A stretch of DNA of 64,000 bases from Camelus dromedarius (Eukaryota), in NCBI RefSeq assembly GCF_036321535.1, contig NC_087437.1, positions 54,624,001-54,688,000 on the forward strand, written 5' to 3'. The position numbers and the translations under genes are program-made. The notes below the pieces were generated by a model. That model was not told the origin of the DNA and did no database searches. It saw only the letters and a program-made list of their open reading frames with translations. Below, piece by piece: positions 36,091 to 49,789 of this stretch (position 1 is the stretch's first letter; every line of letters begins with the position of its first letter).

Positions 36091-37399
36091 AAATGGAAGA
36101 TCTTTGAAGATCCTCTACTGGCATTCTGGTCCATCTGGCTATGCTTATTTTGTTTCCTTCAGTATATTTGTCTCCTCCTTCTTTACAGGGTATTCCTTTT
36201 TACCACTTCCTTGCTGGCATTTTCTTTCCTGGTCATAATCACTCCCTCCTGCAAAGTTGACTCCCCCTTGTTACATATCATACTACTTTGGATCACCTGT
36301 TTCTCTGGTCCCCAACCATTTGAAAACCCCCTTCCATCCTAAGCTCTTGTTTTGATTTGCAGCATTAACGATGGCCTTTAAAAAAATTTCCCTGTATTGA
36401 TTAGATTGATGTGCTTGCAGCATGAAGACATTGATTTGTCTCTTCTCCAGGCTTGGATTGCTAAGCCCTAACACCTAGTCTAGGCAATACTTACATGCAT
36501 CTAGTGCCTGTTGTGGCCCAGAGGAGATAAGGTCACTGTGAAAGGAAACAGGTTGTTAAAATCTTTGGAATGAAACATCAGATGCCAGACTTGTCTGGGA
36601 ATGCAATGTAGATTGACTTTACATTCTGTGGCTGGCATGTTAGAAGCTTTTGATGTTCAGAACCTTATATTTTGATACTTATAATAATGTAAGTTTATAT
36701 CAACTGAATCCAGGCAATTTCAACATTCACTACTTTATTAATTCCAGATGGGAAAATTCATTAGGGCTCAAATTTTGTTTGAGGTCCAACTGTTTCTTAA
36801 ATTATTATTACAATTATTATCTATTTATTTATTTTTTTACAACTGATGGGAAGGGAAATTTAACAGCTGTGTGATTAGCAGGGCATGAAATTAAAAATGT
36901 TTTGCACCGAATCAAGAGGTTGTTTACTACAGAATTCCTCATCTGAGAATTAAGTATCGTTAAGATTGGCCACAAGATGCTCCCTTTCATCATTTAAGTT
37001 TGATTTTTCACATCCACTTTTTTGCTAAAAGGCCTTTAACCTTTTCTGGGAGGAAAATACTGGCCAAATCATCACAAAGCATCTCTAATGTTAACAGGCA
37101 AGGTAACGACCCCATTTCTTCCACTCACAAAATAACAGAGCAACGAAAAGTTCAGCCTCTCTGCCCTCGGCAAAGAGTGAGTAAGTTCCCGTTTGAGGAA
37201 GTCACGTAAATTAGAAAAAGCTACAGCCTGATGGGTGGCTTTCGTCTTTTCCTTGTGTCACCTTTCTGTGAATGCAGGTACAGACATCCAGAATATGACG
37301 TTTACCCTTAAAGTTTTCTTTACTGGTATGATGTTACTTCTTGGGCCCTGTTGCAAGAACCCTTCCTTTGACTGGGTTCTGGAAAGTACATCCCTGTTC

Positions 37400-37630
37400 C
37401 TTTTGCAGAAGTAGTAAAGCGCGGTAGTCAAGCACATTAGCTCAAATCTCTCTGCTGAAGTCTGAAGCCAGCTCTCCTCTTTGCTTGGGCACATTGTGTG
37501 AGCTCTCTGCAGCTCATCTTCATCCCTTTAGCAAATGGAGACAAAAACAGTACTTACTTTCAAGGTTGCTCTGAGGAATATGACAGTTAATACCTAGAAA
37601 ATGTTTCAGGCTCTACCTGCCTCATAGCTG
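37400..37630 (+). mobile_element. MIR SINE
   Basis: cttgggcacattgtgtgagctctctgcagctc...aaatggagacaaaaacagtacttactttcaaggttgctctgaggaat...gttaatgttagct. Confidence 0.7.
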
Positions 37631-39511
37631 ATACTTAGTTAATGTTAGCTGCCTCCATTTTCTTTAAAGGCAATGTATTGTTGTGTGTGTGCAAGACTTT
37701 AGTACATATCTGACGTGGACTTGCTTAACTTCTAGCCTGCGATCCTTCATCTATCCCTGTCTTTTTGTCGTATATAGAGTCATTAATGTATGATAATTAT
37801 TTATATGCTTCTCTTAATTCTTTCTTTAGACAGATTTTATCTTTATAGTTGATGAATTCAGCCAGACCCAGTCCCTGCCCTTAAGGGATTTTTTGAACAG
37901 GTGATTGGAATTGATGAAAGTTACTGCAGATAACTTTTAGGAGATGGACTAGAGATAGTTCCAATAAAAGTGAAGATATTTGGAGAGTATCCTGAAATAT
38001 CCAGAGGTCTCGTTAAGGAGTTTGTGGTCGTTAGAGGAGAAAGACATTAGTTTTGGATGGAGGTGGAGGCAAATGTAGAGAAAATGAAGGAAGTCTTCCT
38101 GGAGGAAGAGGGACTTGATCTGGGACCTGAATGCTGGGTGGAATTTGACCTTACAGAAAGGGGAAAAGACCTCCCCAGGCTAAGTGAAGGGTATGAGCCG
38201 CACTTGGTTTGTCCGCATTTCCCTCGTGCTGCCCCTGGCCACCATCCAGCCCTTTGGAGTTTACAGGTCCTGTCTAAAAATTGGACAGGGCGGCCAGCCC
38301 CCTGTGCTCTCTAATAAATGTCTTTCCAAGGGGAGGTAAGAGAGGAAGAATAGGAGAGACAAAGGCAGGAAATGTTGGATATTTGTAGAGGGATTATAAT
38401 GAAGGCTACTGCGTGCTTTTGCTCTTTCTCAGATCACTTGTAGGGGAGATATAAGTGCTTTTGCTTTTTTTAAAAAAAATATCAAAGTGTTACTCCCCCC
38501 CCCCCCCTTTTTTTAAGGAGTTAGTAATAAAAAACACCCTGTCCTCTGTCCTTAAAAATAAATCTGGATGGGGTTAGGCAAAAGAGTATTTCCTGGAATA
38601 CATTATATGCTCGGCAGTAGATCTGGGTATTTTAATGCCTTTGCTGTAGGAGGTCAATAGAAGTTGGGATGCCACCAGCAACCCTGGGCTGGTTGGTGAG
38701 TGTATTTCAATACTGTGGTTGCTCTGTATCAGTTCTCTGCCATGTCAAGGTGGTTTTAAATTTACTTTTAGCAAGTGACCTGATGAGACACCATAATGTG
38801 CATATCGCTGGCCAAACATTACGTGGCATGGTTGCAAAGTCATGAGACTGGAGTTTTAGCCAACAGCCTGTAACATGTAGATGCATGTAGTATAGTCATC
38901 CGAGCAGTGCTCCTTGTAGGGGTGCTGTTCCAGCACAGGGAGCACTTTCTAAGTTGCTTCCACTGCTCAAAGCATCCTTGGAATTGCCTTTGGAGATAAT
39001 GATGAGGCACCCAAAAAAGCTTTAGAATCATGAGATGTGAGACCATGAAATCTACTTACCTCATTCTCAATGTGAGAAAATTGAGGCCCCCAGACAAATA
39101 CTGTGGTATACAGCCAAGTACTTGTTATTTCTCTCTGCCTGATATTTTCTCATTTGTTTCTCTGCCTTAAAGAAAATTGATTCTACGTTAAGCCTGTGGA
39201 TAATTGCAAAGAAAAAGAGAGAAAGACAGAGGAGAAAGTTCCCCTTAACATTGTGTAACATCCAGAGTATACCCATAGCACAGGGAAAACCCAGCCCTCC
39301 AGGGCTGAGGCTCCTATATTTTCAAGACAGTCTCAAGAAATAGAAATTACATTGTCAAAGTTTTTAGTTGGTTACAGTTGCATCTATTATAAAATCTGGT
39401 GTAGATAAAGATGGAGTTAAGCATACAAGTTTCTAACTGAATTGTAGACCTTACCTTGCCGGGGTAGGGTTGCTGTCAGGGATAAAGCCACGTTCTGTCA
39501 TAATCCATTGG

Positions 39512-39787
39512 CAACATTTCCTAAAATGTGCTCCCTGTGATCCTAGCTCCACAAATAGTCAAATCAGTTTGGAAATCAGTTGCTTTTGTAGCAATCTCCA
39601 TTTGGAGTATTCTTCACCCATCTTTAGCAAGATTAACTGAGAAGACCTATAGGTAAAGACAAAATAACCACAACATTCCTTTCTGTTATGTTAAATTCAG
39701 GTTTTGTCAAATTTATTTTATCATGGAACCGTTTTGTGGATGATTTTCCAGACTTGTGTTCTGTGGAACATTCTTTGGATAACATGG
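39512..39787. mobile_element. Degenerate hAT-Charlie-type MITE
   Basis: TIR-like ends caacatttcctaaaatgtg / cattctttggataacatgg; internal tttattttatcatggaacc block; family not pinned. Confidence 0.45.
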
Positions 39788-40299
39788 TTTTATTGTTAAA
39801 ATTCTTAAGGTTCACATCTGTCATCTTGTAATAATCTTATGTGAAATATAAAGTTATTTGGGCTAAACTATAGACGTCCACCTTCCCTCCCTTCTCCATA
39901 GGATAAATTACAGGTTTATTTCAGGATCAAACACTTTTCAAATGAAATGTTGTTAGGAGGGAAAAAAAAGAAAACACAAAAATTTTTTAGAGCCTAATAA
40001 TTACAGAAAGAAGGCAGTGTTATACCAGCCAAACCCCGTTTTGTGAATTAGGGCCTTAACTCAAGAGAGTTGTTCCTGAAAATAGCTTGTTTTTAAGCAA
40101 AACTTTGTTGGCTTTTGGTGGTGGACTTTTTCACCATCAAAGGCATGAATATGGGTGATTTTAAACTGACATGTTTCTTGCATTCAAAACCGGGGCTTGT
40201 GGAGGAAACAACGCTTTCTTTAACTTTTCTGAAACAGTTGGCTTGACCATCATGACATTTTTGTTTGTTTGTTTATTTAGGGTATTAGCACTTTTTTTT

Positions 40300-40460
40300 T
40301 TTTAATTCTGGAAGGGCCCTTTGCTGATCTTGTCCACGCCTGTCCTTGACAGATGAGGGACTAGAGGCCCAGAAGGCTTCAGCGACCTTTCTAGCCTCTT
40401 TACTAGCTAGTGATGAAACCAGAACTAAAGTCAGACCTCTCACTTACTGACTTACATTCA
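40300..40460 (-). mobile_element. MIR SINE
   Basis: ctggaagggcccttt...gatcttgtcca...gacagatgagggactagaggcccagaagg. Confidence 0.7.
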
Positions 40461-41159
40461 GTACAGCTTTTTTTTTTTTTAACTGTACACTGCGTTAAAA
40501 AGAAAGGACTTAATTGCTTCTGCTGGTTAGACGGTAGGTGGTTGGATAGATGTGGACGTACCCAGATGATAGATGCCCATAATTAGAACCTATTTCACCC
40601 TCGAGGTAAGAAGACCCTTGACTGTCTCTTCTTTTAAAGAACTTCACCCACCTCAGGCCGGTTCTTTGATGCTGTTCACTTGAGAAACCGGTTCACTTCA
40701 ATCTGTGTTGAAGAGAGAGTCACGCCACACTTTTTAGTCTGTCTGTCTTATTGAGTCACTACCGCAAGGTGGTGTTCTGGGTTTCCAGCATCAGGAGAAC
40801 TGGCTTGTCGCCAGGCGCCTGAGGGATGCGGCATCGTTGCACACCGCACGTGGCTGTTTCTCTTGTCTTCCCGTCCCCTCTCTTCCCCTTCTCTCTTCTT
40901 TCTCCATTGCCATGTCTTCAGCAGGAGGGCTGTCTCGCTTCAAAGACAGGAAAGAAAGCTCAGCTCCAAGGAAGACATTCCTGCTAGGTTTCGCCCAGCT
41001 GTAGCAAAAGCAAAATGACACTCTTTTGCCTTTGAGTTTTCTCCTTTAGCTGGAAGGATTTGGTGGTTAGATATCTTAGGAAATCCCCCCCCCCCCCTTT
41101 TACAAAGCTACGATGGCGCCTGGAATCTGGTGCTGCTGGTATCTGTGGTGTGGTGTCAC

Positions 41160-41900
41160 ATGAAGGCACGGGCAGTAACTCAGAAGTGGAGGATATGGGT
41201 TCTGGGCTGCACTTCTCTGTTAACTAGCTAGGGGATCCTGGGAAAACGGAAAACCCTCTCTGAGCTTCATTTGACCCAACCTCTTCACTGGGGCCTGGGG
41301 AATCATGATTCCTGGTGCTGTGCGGATTACATGAGATAATGGATATAAAAAGCCTTTTGTAAACTATGAAGCACCCTGTAAGTATGTGTAAGCATAATTA
41401 TAGCAACCGGGTAAGCAATAATAATAGCAAACACATCCACGCTGCTGCCGTTGAGTCAGGTACCATGTTAAGCCTTGTACATCGATTAGCTCACAATTCT
41501 GACAGCAGCTCTATGTGTTTGTGACCAGCACCTGACATCGTAAATCAGCAGGCCTGGCTGCCTACCTGGATCGGCTGGCGATTTACTTGCTGGTTTACTC
41601 AGGGCATGTTTCTCCCTTCCCTGGGCCTGAATTGTACTTTTTGTAAAAGAAGCACTTGGACTCTGGTTGAATGTAAGGGCCCTTCTGTTCTGGCGTTTGC
41701 GATTCTGTTAGGCAGTTTTCTTTTGCCCCGTATAGGCTCAGTTGCTGACCAGTAATCAGAGCTCACATTTAAACTGAGGGCTCTCATCATCTTCATTCTA
41801 CAGATGTGGACACACATAAGCCCAGAGAGCTTATGAAACTTTCCCAAGGCTGCACTGCTGGTGAGTGGTGGAGCTGGGATTCAAACCCTGCTCTGGGTCC
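41160..41900. mobile_element. Cluster of MIR fragments (+ 41160-41390; - 41415-41520 and 41780-41900)
   Basis: ctctctgagcttcattt...gattacatgagataatggatataaaaagccttttgtaaactatgaagcac; aataataatagcaaacac; ctacagatgtggacac...ccaaggctgcactgctggtgagtggtggagctgggattcaaaccc. Confidence 0.7.
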
Positions 41901-42749
41901 CAGAATCATGGCAGCTAGATAGACTGGAAGAACCATCCAGCAGTCCCAGGTGTGTCATGCTGTCAGACTCCTCATCTAATCAGCTTCGTGATTATCACTT
42001 AGCTCTTGAGGTTTTTGGTGGTGGTTGTGATTTGACTCCACAGTTAGATTCCCAGTGTCTTGATTTCAGGTTTTCAGTGCTGGGATGTGTCTCCAGTGTC
42101 TGGCCGATGGCAGTGTCCCCCTGTATGTGTGCCATCTGTCTTCTGCCCGACCTTAGCTTCTTTGAACCCCTCAGGAACCCCTGCCATTGCCATTTCCTAA
42201 AACTGTGTTTGACAGAGCGACCTTTTCACGTCAGAAGCCGGTTGAGGTTGCCGTGAGTTCAGGCCTCCACAGGGGATACGTGTTTCAAGTTGCAGTCTGT
42301 TTTGTCCGCGGCCTGCACGCTCTCCTTAACTTTGCCTGAGTGAGTCCTGGTTGAAGACGCTCTACCGGATTCTTCTGGCCCTTTCAGCTTGTTTAGGCTT
42401 TGCTGTTATTTTATTTTTCTGAAGGCCTGGTTTTCTCCGGCTCTGCTTGGATACAACCCAAGATTTGTAGCCCAGTTGCATCTGGGAAGGGGTCACACGC
42501 ACTGAAACTGGGAGAAAATTGACTCTTACAGCCCAAGGAAGTTGCCGTAAATCTTCGGTTGAGGACGTCTGCCACCTCTGATTCTGCCTGCCTTCTTTGT
42601 GTGGTGCTGTTCCAAGATCTCTTACTGGGACCAGCTTTGCTGGAGGGTTGCCTTTAACTCATAATCCATTCAGCGTGCTTATTTTACCATTAGCACACCT
42701 CTCCAGTGTCTAGTCTCTCCAGTCCCCATAGGTGACCCACTCTGGAGTG

Positions 42750-43140
42750 CATTTATTCATTCATCTACATACGAATTCTGTGGTATAATCTACTATCAGA
42801 CACAATTGTGATACCAAAGTGAATTAGACGTCATCCCTGTTTATAAGGCCCTAATACTTTGAAGGAGGAAGACTCACTAGTTAAGTCAAATGGTTTCTGA
42901 GTGCCCACCGCGACCAAGTACCAGGCCCTTAACCAGAGCTGTGGATACCAGAAAGATACAAGCCCTCTCTCATCACAGGACTTCTGGTCCAGGAGTGACA
43001 ACCACCACATTCACAACTTCATAGATAGTTATGTTATTATGACTGTGATAGGTGCTGTAAAGCAAAGGTGCAGAGTGTGGTGGAATATTTAACAGGTTTT
43101 CCCCTGGCCTAGCAAGGTATGTCATCCCTAGAGAAGTAGA
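42750..43140 (-). mobile_element. L2 fragments
   Basis: catttattcattcat tail; ctgagtgcccaccgcgaccaagtaccaggcc...gccctctctcatcacaggacttctggtccagg. Confidence 0.6.
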
Positions 43141-44093
43141 ATTTAACCAGGGAAGCTGGGCACAGGGGGTGGAGGGGCTTGGCTAGGACAGACATCTCTC
43201 ATATAAGGTAGAAAATGATCAATGCTCAGCTCAAGGGCTGCGGAAGTTGAGACGAAGAGGAACATTTTAAAAATGGGGTTGATGATAAACTTCTTTCAGA
43301 ATATTTTCTTGCTATTTCCCTCTATAAATGGTGGGCTTTTATAGTTTCGTGACCTGGTTTAGTAATTGTAAATTGACTTAAGAGAAAAAAAAAAAACTTC
43401 TCTGTTTTCCTTACTACTTCTTAAATGTGTTAAAATAATTCACTATATTTCATATGTACACCTAAAGTCCTTGAATCCAATTAGTAAGAAAAACACTTTC
43501 CATGTCTTTGTGAAGTAACACAAAAATAAATAACAGGTAGAGAAAAACTGAAATAGCAATGCCTGGAGCTTTCTCCTGGAATCTGGGAGTGTCTAATTTT
43601 AAGAAATGGTTTCAGATGTATCATTTTCATTCTGCATGAATTTATTTATCTGTTTGGAGTGCCTCCCTTGGGTTACATATTTTACTGGACTGTCGGGGGT
43701 GAGAAGGAGAAGGACAGAGCACGGCTGCTGGTTACTGCCGTGCAGATCAGGCTGTGTTCGAGGCAGGAGGGTAAGCGGACTCCAATCCTGCCCTCCCTCT
43801 ATTTGCCAAGCCAAGACTGGGTGCGTTTTCCTACCGTGCGTCAAGAACCTCTTAGTTAGCCTGGGCCTGGAAATGTCTGACACAGGTTTATTTTTTTCTG
43901 AAAGCACTCATAGTTTATTAGGGGAAGCAGACGTGGGGATAACGCAACATAATTACATTGCCAGCCAGAATGAAATATGTTGACCAGAGGTAGAAATGAC
44001 TTGCTGAGGGGCTCAGTTGAAGGATTTTAATTCTGATGGGGGTGGGGAGAATCAATCTGTACAGCATTTGAAGAGCCAAGTTGGATGGGCAAC

Positions 44094-44443
44094 TTTTTTC
44101 TTTTTAAATAATAGCTTTACTGAGATCTAATTCATATGTCATACAGTTAACTCAAAGTCTACAATTCAGTGGTTTTGGTTATATTCACAGAGTTGCACAA
44201 CCATCACTGAAATCAATTCTGGAACATTTTCATCACCTCAAAAAAAAAAGCCCTGTACCTATTGGCAGTCACTCCTTCTTTCCCCAGATCGCCTTTCACC
44301 TAGCCCTGAGCTGCCGCTAATCTACTTCCTCCTCTGTAGAGCTGCCCAGCCTGAACATTTCATATAAATACAGCCACACACTTTTGTGACTGGCTTCTTT
44401 CTCTTACTGTAATATTTTCCAGTTTCATCCATGCTGTCACGTG
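44094..44443 (-). mobile_element. L1MB-family LINE-1 3' UTR fragment
   Basis: aatagctttactgagatctaattcat...tacaattcagtggttttggttatattcacagagttgcacaaccatcact...aacattttcatcacctcaaaa...ccctgtacctattggcagtcactcc...ttttgtgactggcttcttt. Confidence 0.9.
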
Positions 44444-45104
44444 ATGAGTAGGTTTTTGATGGCTGGAGAATGGAAGGAAGTTCACCCCCAAATGATGCAG
44501 GGTGAGGTGAGAGAAAGACTTTCTTAAGACAGTGTGGGCTGTGTTTGAGAGGTTGAAAGTCGAATACTGGGTCTACAGAGTAGGGCCTGTGGGGGACGTT
44601 ATGGTAAAAGGAGCTGGAAATATAATCCGGGAGCAGATTATGAAAATCAGCAATCAGTTTGAACTTCTTTTGAGATGCAGATGTTTTTGAAAGGAGAGTA
44701 ACATGACTTGATGAATGAAAGATGAAGAAACATTGGTAATTAAAACTGTAAGGTCCCTCAGATTGGCTGTGGAGAATCAGTCGTGAAATCAAGAACTCCT
44801 CACTCCCAAGTAATTTTCCTTCATATTCCAGTGACTCTTACTTTTTTATCTTTGTTAGCTGGAGTGAGTAGAAAAAGTACAGGTGAAGTTTTTGTTACAA
44901 TAATTTTTTTTAACTATTAGAAGCATGTGAAAAAGTAAACCTTTTTAGGTTATAACTTAAAGTGCTGTTTGTTGGGCACTTGGAATAAGGCGGTATTTTC
45001 ATGTGAAGCCCACTGTGTTTATCACATCGTGAGGAAGCAGGCTGTTTTCTGGCCCTTTGGATACCTCTGCAGTATCCTGTCACTATTGTTCTGAATGCAG
45101 AGTC

Positions 45105-45470
45105 TCTGTTATTCCACTTGGACTGCCACAACCAAATACTGGACTGGGTGGATTAAACAATAGAAATTTATTATTAGTATTTGTTTACAGTTCTGGAGGC
45201 TGGAAGTCTGAGATAAGGGTACCAGGTTCTGGTGTGGTATATTTTCCTAGCTTGTAGAAGATCACCTTCTCCCTGTGTCCTCACATGGAAAGGGGAGAGA
45301 GAGCAAGCTCTTTGGTGCCTTTTCTTATAAGGGCACTGATTCCATTGTCAGGGCCCCACCCTCATCAAAACCCAATTACCTCCCAAAGGCCCTATCTCCA
45401 AATATCATCACATCGGAGATTGGGACTTCAACATGTCTGTTTTGTGGAGAACACAGTTCAGTCCGTAGCA
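45105..45470 (-). mobile_element. MLT1A-like MaLR solo LTR with perfect 5-bp TSD
   Basis: gactgggtggattaaacaatagaaatttatt...cagttctggaggctggaagtctgagat...tcttataagggcactgattccatt...cacagttcagtccgtagca; GAGTC at 45100-45104 and 45471-45475. Confidence 0.92.
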
Positions 45471-45879
45471 GAGTCTTACTTTGTCTTGATTTCCTTTGGA
45501 TTTGTGGCCTTGGCTGTGTTCCCTATATTCATTTGATTGATTCCTGCCAATCAAATAAAAGTCATAGGTATCCCAGATGTAGTTGGCCTTGCTTCTCCTA
45601 AAGCCTAGAGAAATTCCTCATTGCTTGTTTCTGAGCTGCTCATGTCACAGGCTTTTGCAGGAGAAGGGATTTTAGAGGTTATCTGGTTCATGGACTGTTA
45701 ACTTAAGGGTTAGTGATCCATGAGCCTCCTGAAATTGTTTGCATAATTCTCTGAAATGGGTGTGTGGGCATATCCCCTTCTCTAGTACCTGTAAGATTCT
45801 CATGTGGTTTGTGTCTCTCCAAAAAGGAAAAGTCTTTTACATACTAATAATATTGAGCTCTTTTACTTGTATCATTAAG

Positions 45880-46030
45880 TCTTTACAACTCATCCTCATG
45901 AATTAGGAAACTGAGTCGTATAGCAGTTAAGTCAATGTATGGAGGGTCACAGAACTAGTAGGTGACAAAACCTAGACTCAGACCCTGCAGTCTGATGCCA
46001 GAGCCCATACTCCTTACTCTTATGCATTCT
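45880..46030 (-). mobile_element. MIR fragment
   Basis: aggaaactgagtcgtatagcagttaagtc...gggtcacagaactagtaggtgacaaaacctagactcagaccctgcagtctgatgccagagccc. Confidence 0.7.
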
Positions 46031-47039
46031 TACCCTGCATATCCTTTGCACCCCTCTGTTTTACCTTTTTTTAGACTCTGGTTGACCCTAGGTAGTAGAC
46101 GATCAGAGAGAAGTGAAACACATTCAAGATGGTGCTGTGATTAAAAACACATAGCTGTCAACACGTGGCAATAATATGAACAAACCTAAATCAAACATGG
46201 GACTTAATACCCATTTTAAAATTAAATTAAAGATGCTCCTTTTGGACCTTTGATTCTGCTACTGACCCTCATCCTCTCTCTTCCCTCTTCTCTTCTTGTT
46301 TCCTTTTCCTCTTCCCTCTCCCTCTCTTCATTCCTCTCTCCCCTCCCTTGAGTCCTCCAACAAGCATTACTGAGCACTTACCTCATTGAGCTAAGATGGA
46401 ATTATTAGTAATTGAGTGGTTTAATGTTCCTAAAATGTTTTTATGGTTGGGGGACCTGGGCACTATCCTACTCCTCTGTGGCCAACACCTCTCTACCTAG
46501 AAGGTCCTTAGTGGAGCTGTCACATAAGAAACATTGTTGAGGGAAGGCAATATACCTGAAGCCAATGCCTTTCCCTCCTACAGAGAGGCTCTCTGATTTC
46601 TGATTTTGGAGGCTGGCTGGTGCCAGTCACTGAAATAGGCAGTGTTGAAGGAAGCTCCACTGTTAATGTGGGAATAGTGGAGAATGGGAGTTTTTTTAGC
46701 TTTTCACGTTTGGGAGTTTTGCAAATAAATTATTGGATGTTCAAGGTTGGAACTTAGAAGAAAGGTTGGGATTAGAGCTGTTAGGGTTCAAAGCAGCACA
46801 GTGGATGAGGTGGCTCCAGCAACTTCTGAAGGGAGAGAAAAAAGTCCTCTTCCTCCTTTGTTTTGAGAGAGTAGCGTACATCTCATGTCCCATTGCCTTC
46901 GTTACCACCTGGGCAGTGTCTCTTAGTCTCTGAACTCCTGTAAATCTCCTTCTGGGATTTAAACATGTGTTCGTCCAGCTCACATGTATGTTTACTAAAG
47001 CTGGAAGGGAGGTAGAACTCGTATTTATTTAGAGATGAG

Positions 47040-47230
47040 TAGAGCTGTTCTTTGAATCCAGGCTTTGTTACTTGCTATCTGGGTGATTGATTGACTGGTT
47101 CTCTCTCTATATCAAATTCTAAGTCTATAAAATTAGGTTAATAATAATGTCGACCCTATCTGTGTCACAGAGTTGGTGTTCATTTTTTTGTCTGTTGTAA
47201 TGGTTGTGAAAGCTCTTTAAAAGGAATCTT
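47040..47230 (+). mobile_element. MIR SINE
   Basis: tttgaatccaggctttgttacttgctatctgggtga...tctataaaattaggttaataataatg...tcacagagttggtg. Confidence 0.6.
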
Positions 47231-49789
47231 TAAATAAATTACTTTTTCCCAACGTTTATAATAATTATGATGTTTGTTTTTACTCTCCAGGTAAGCTCTA
47301 AGCTCCTTTGGATTTATATATCCTTTTTGCTTTTACATACCTTTTTTTTTTTAAGCTTCCTCAGTACTTATATGTATTAGATGTTTATTGCACAATAATA
47401 ATTAGGGTCTTAATTCTTTTCTTTTGCTTTTCTTTTTGTTGTTGTTGTTGTAGCATTTATTGAAGAGGTTTTCCCTGTACACTATGAGATGTTAACTTCT
47501 CCAAAAAGAGTTTGTTCTTTGACTTTACTGGTCCCCTCACTTGTGTCTTACCCTCAGCTGGTGTGCCCTCCGCCCGCCCTCTGGGGTGGGTCTCTCCTGA
47601 TATCCTGATGTTCTCACTCTGCCCCAGCGATGATGCCATTGGTGTGTCTGCTGACACTTGAAGCCCTACAGGGACAGAGGGTCCAAAGCCTCATAGAAAA
47701 CTAAGGCCCAGAGAGGGTTCATCCATGTCTGGTGCAGGTCAGCGTGGGGGCTAGTTTCCGATCGCTGCTCCTTGTGTGCTTCCCACTCAGGCTTGCTGGT
47801 GTTTAGCTGCTTCTTGCCTTTTCTTTTCTTTCTTTTTATTCTTTCAGTTTTTAGGATGAAATTACTGACTTTTGTCACATTAAAATTTTATGAGGATTCT
47901 ATTTTTGAATCCTGTTCCTTTCTGTTCTACCTCAGATTGCACTCTCTTTTTTACCCCATTGTGGTGCATTTGTTCCTAGACAGAATCAGGGATGGCACCA
48001 GGCAGAGAAAGTAGCTTGCCATGTGTTACTGGAAAATTTATGTGTTTATTTTATCGTGTTTGAATGCCAGCAGTATGACCCACAGAATCCGTTTTAATTG
48101 ATTTTTTTGGTAAATAGTATTCTCAGTTTACTTTCTTCTCATCTGCTTAGCAGGGTTTGCCACTTCATAAAATGCATTTTTTTTTTTAACCAGGCACTGT
48201 ATAAGATGCTCTTTGACTTGAAACCATGCTTAAGGGGTAGTTCTTGCCCTCAAGGAGCTTTACATCTGTTGCAAGAGACTGACATTGTAAAAGGAAGTTT
48301 CTAATACTGGCTGGGCTAGGATACTTCCACCATTAAAGGCACAAAAGTGTGCATTGGAGTATGTGAGAAGAAAAGATTAAACTCGAGTGGGGACTCTCAG
48401 GAAGTTGCCAGTATACCCAACTTTCATTGTGTATTTCACCCCCAAAGTCTTCTTGCTGAGGTAATTCTTCTTTATATATAATACCAAATTTTATTTTAAA
48501 ATAATACATACACACATATACATATATTTCTTTATATTATATAAAATTTTACCTGGCTTTTGCTTCATGCACTCCAACTCTCAGTCTTTTAATTTTTATT
48601 TTATTATAATTTGAATAATATCAAAGCAGAATGAAAGATTGGTGCTTTTTTTTTTTTTTTCAGAAGAGGAACAAAAAAAGATACGAGGATGACTGATATG
48701 TATCTCAATGTTTAGAAAACCATGGGAATTAGGGAGAAGGACTCGTAGCATATCAGGAAACAGGAAACGAGCTCACTGTTGCTGGAGGTGGTTGCTCAGA
48801 TGCTTGGAAAGTGTGCCTTCAGTAGATGATGCTTACATCCTAGTGCGTGTACACACACAAACATGCACACACATGTCTCTCTACCTTATTAACTGTTTAT
48901 TCTCAACTCTCTTTTGTTTGACGATTTCTTTTACCTCGTTCCTTTCCAAATGTTACCTCCGCTGGGACCTAATTAGAACCTCTCAGAATTCACAGAACAT
49001 TAGAATACATGTGGGCTCCAAATGTTATCTTTAGACATCACAGAGTATTAGAAGCTAATTCTGGTTATCCATTGTGTATACAGGTGTATAAATACCTCTT
49101 CGGCCAAATCTGCTGTCAGGCTGCAGTGAGAAAACTCAAGGGGATGGTTCTCTTAGCTTCTGAATTTCGAGGGAATTCCCTCCCCTAGAGGGATAACACT
49201 GCAGGCTGAGATTTTGCTGTTCTAAAGCAAGTGTCCGAAGCTGAAGTTTTTTTATTAAGTTAATGCTTAACTCAGCACTGAAATTGCTGTGTGTCTTTAT
49301 AAGGAAATGACTGTTTCTACTAAACAAGCTTTTGTAGAAAATACATCCATTGATGCCCTCTACTCTGTTGAATAGCCATGTTTAGAAAGAAAGTTTGATT
49401 CAGACTCTAGCATATTAAAGCCTTTTGTAGGATTTTTTAAAAGCAGTTGCTCCCTTAGAGAGGTAACTTAACACTGTTATTCTCATTAACTTTTTTGTAA
49501 TATATACAAATATTAGAATGACCCCAGAGTTGGCTTTAGAAAAGTGACAACGCAAAATGCTGTGTAGGAAAATATACTACCTCTCCAGCCTGAAGACCTG
49601 AGTTCCAGTCCCAGTTCTGCCTGTGACTTGATCTGTGGGCCTTAGAAGAGGCAGTTCTCACAACTAAGTCTCATTTTTCCACCTTTAGTCATGAAAGAAT
49701 TGCAAACGTTAGATCTGGATGGCACCTAAAAATGGTACCCTTTAAAAAAAAAATTACATGTTGCAACATTTTATCAGGCTCAGACCATT

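Noticed and set aside
37279..37326. 48-nt candidate exon (gcAG...CTG|GTATGA)
   Set aside because: Interrupted pyrimidine tract, modest donor, peptide not recognised
44322..44792. 156-aa minus-strand ORF
   Set aside because: Chimeric read-through of L2-like and L1MB 3' UTR remnants
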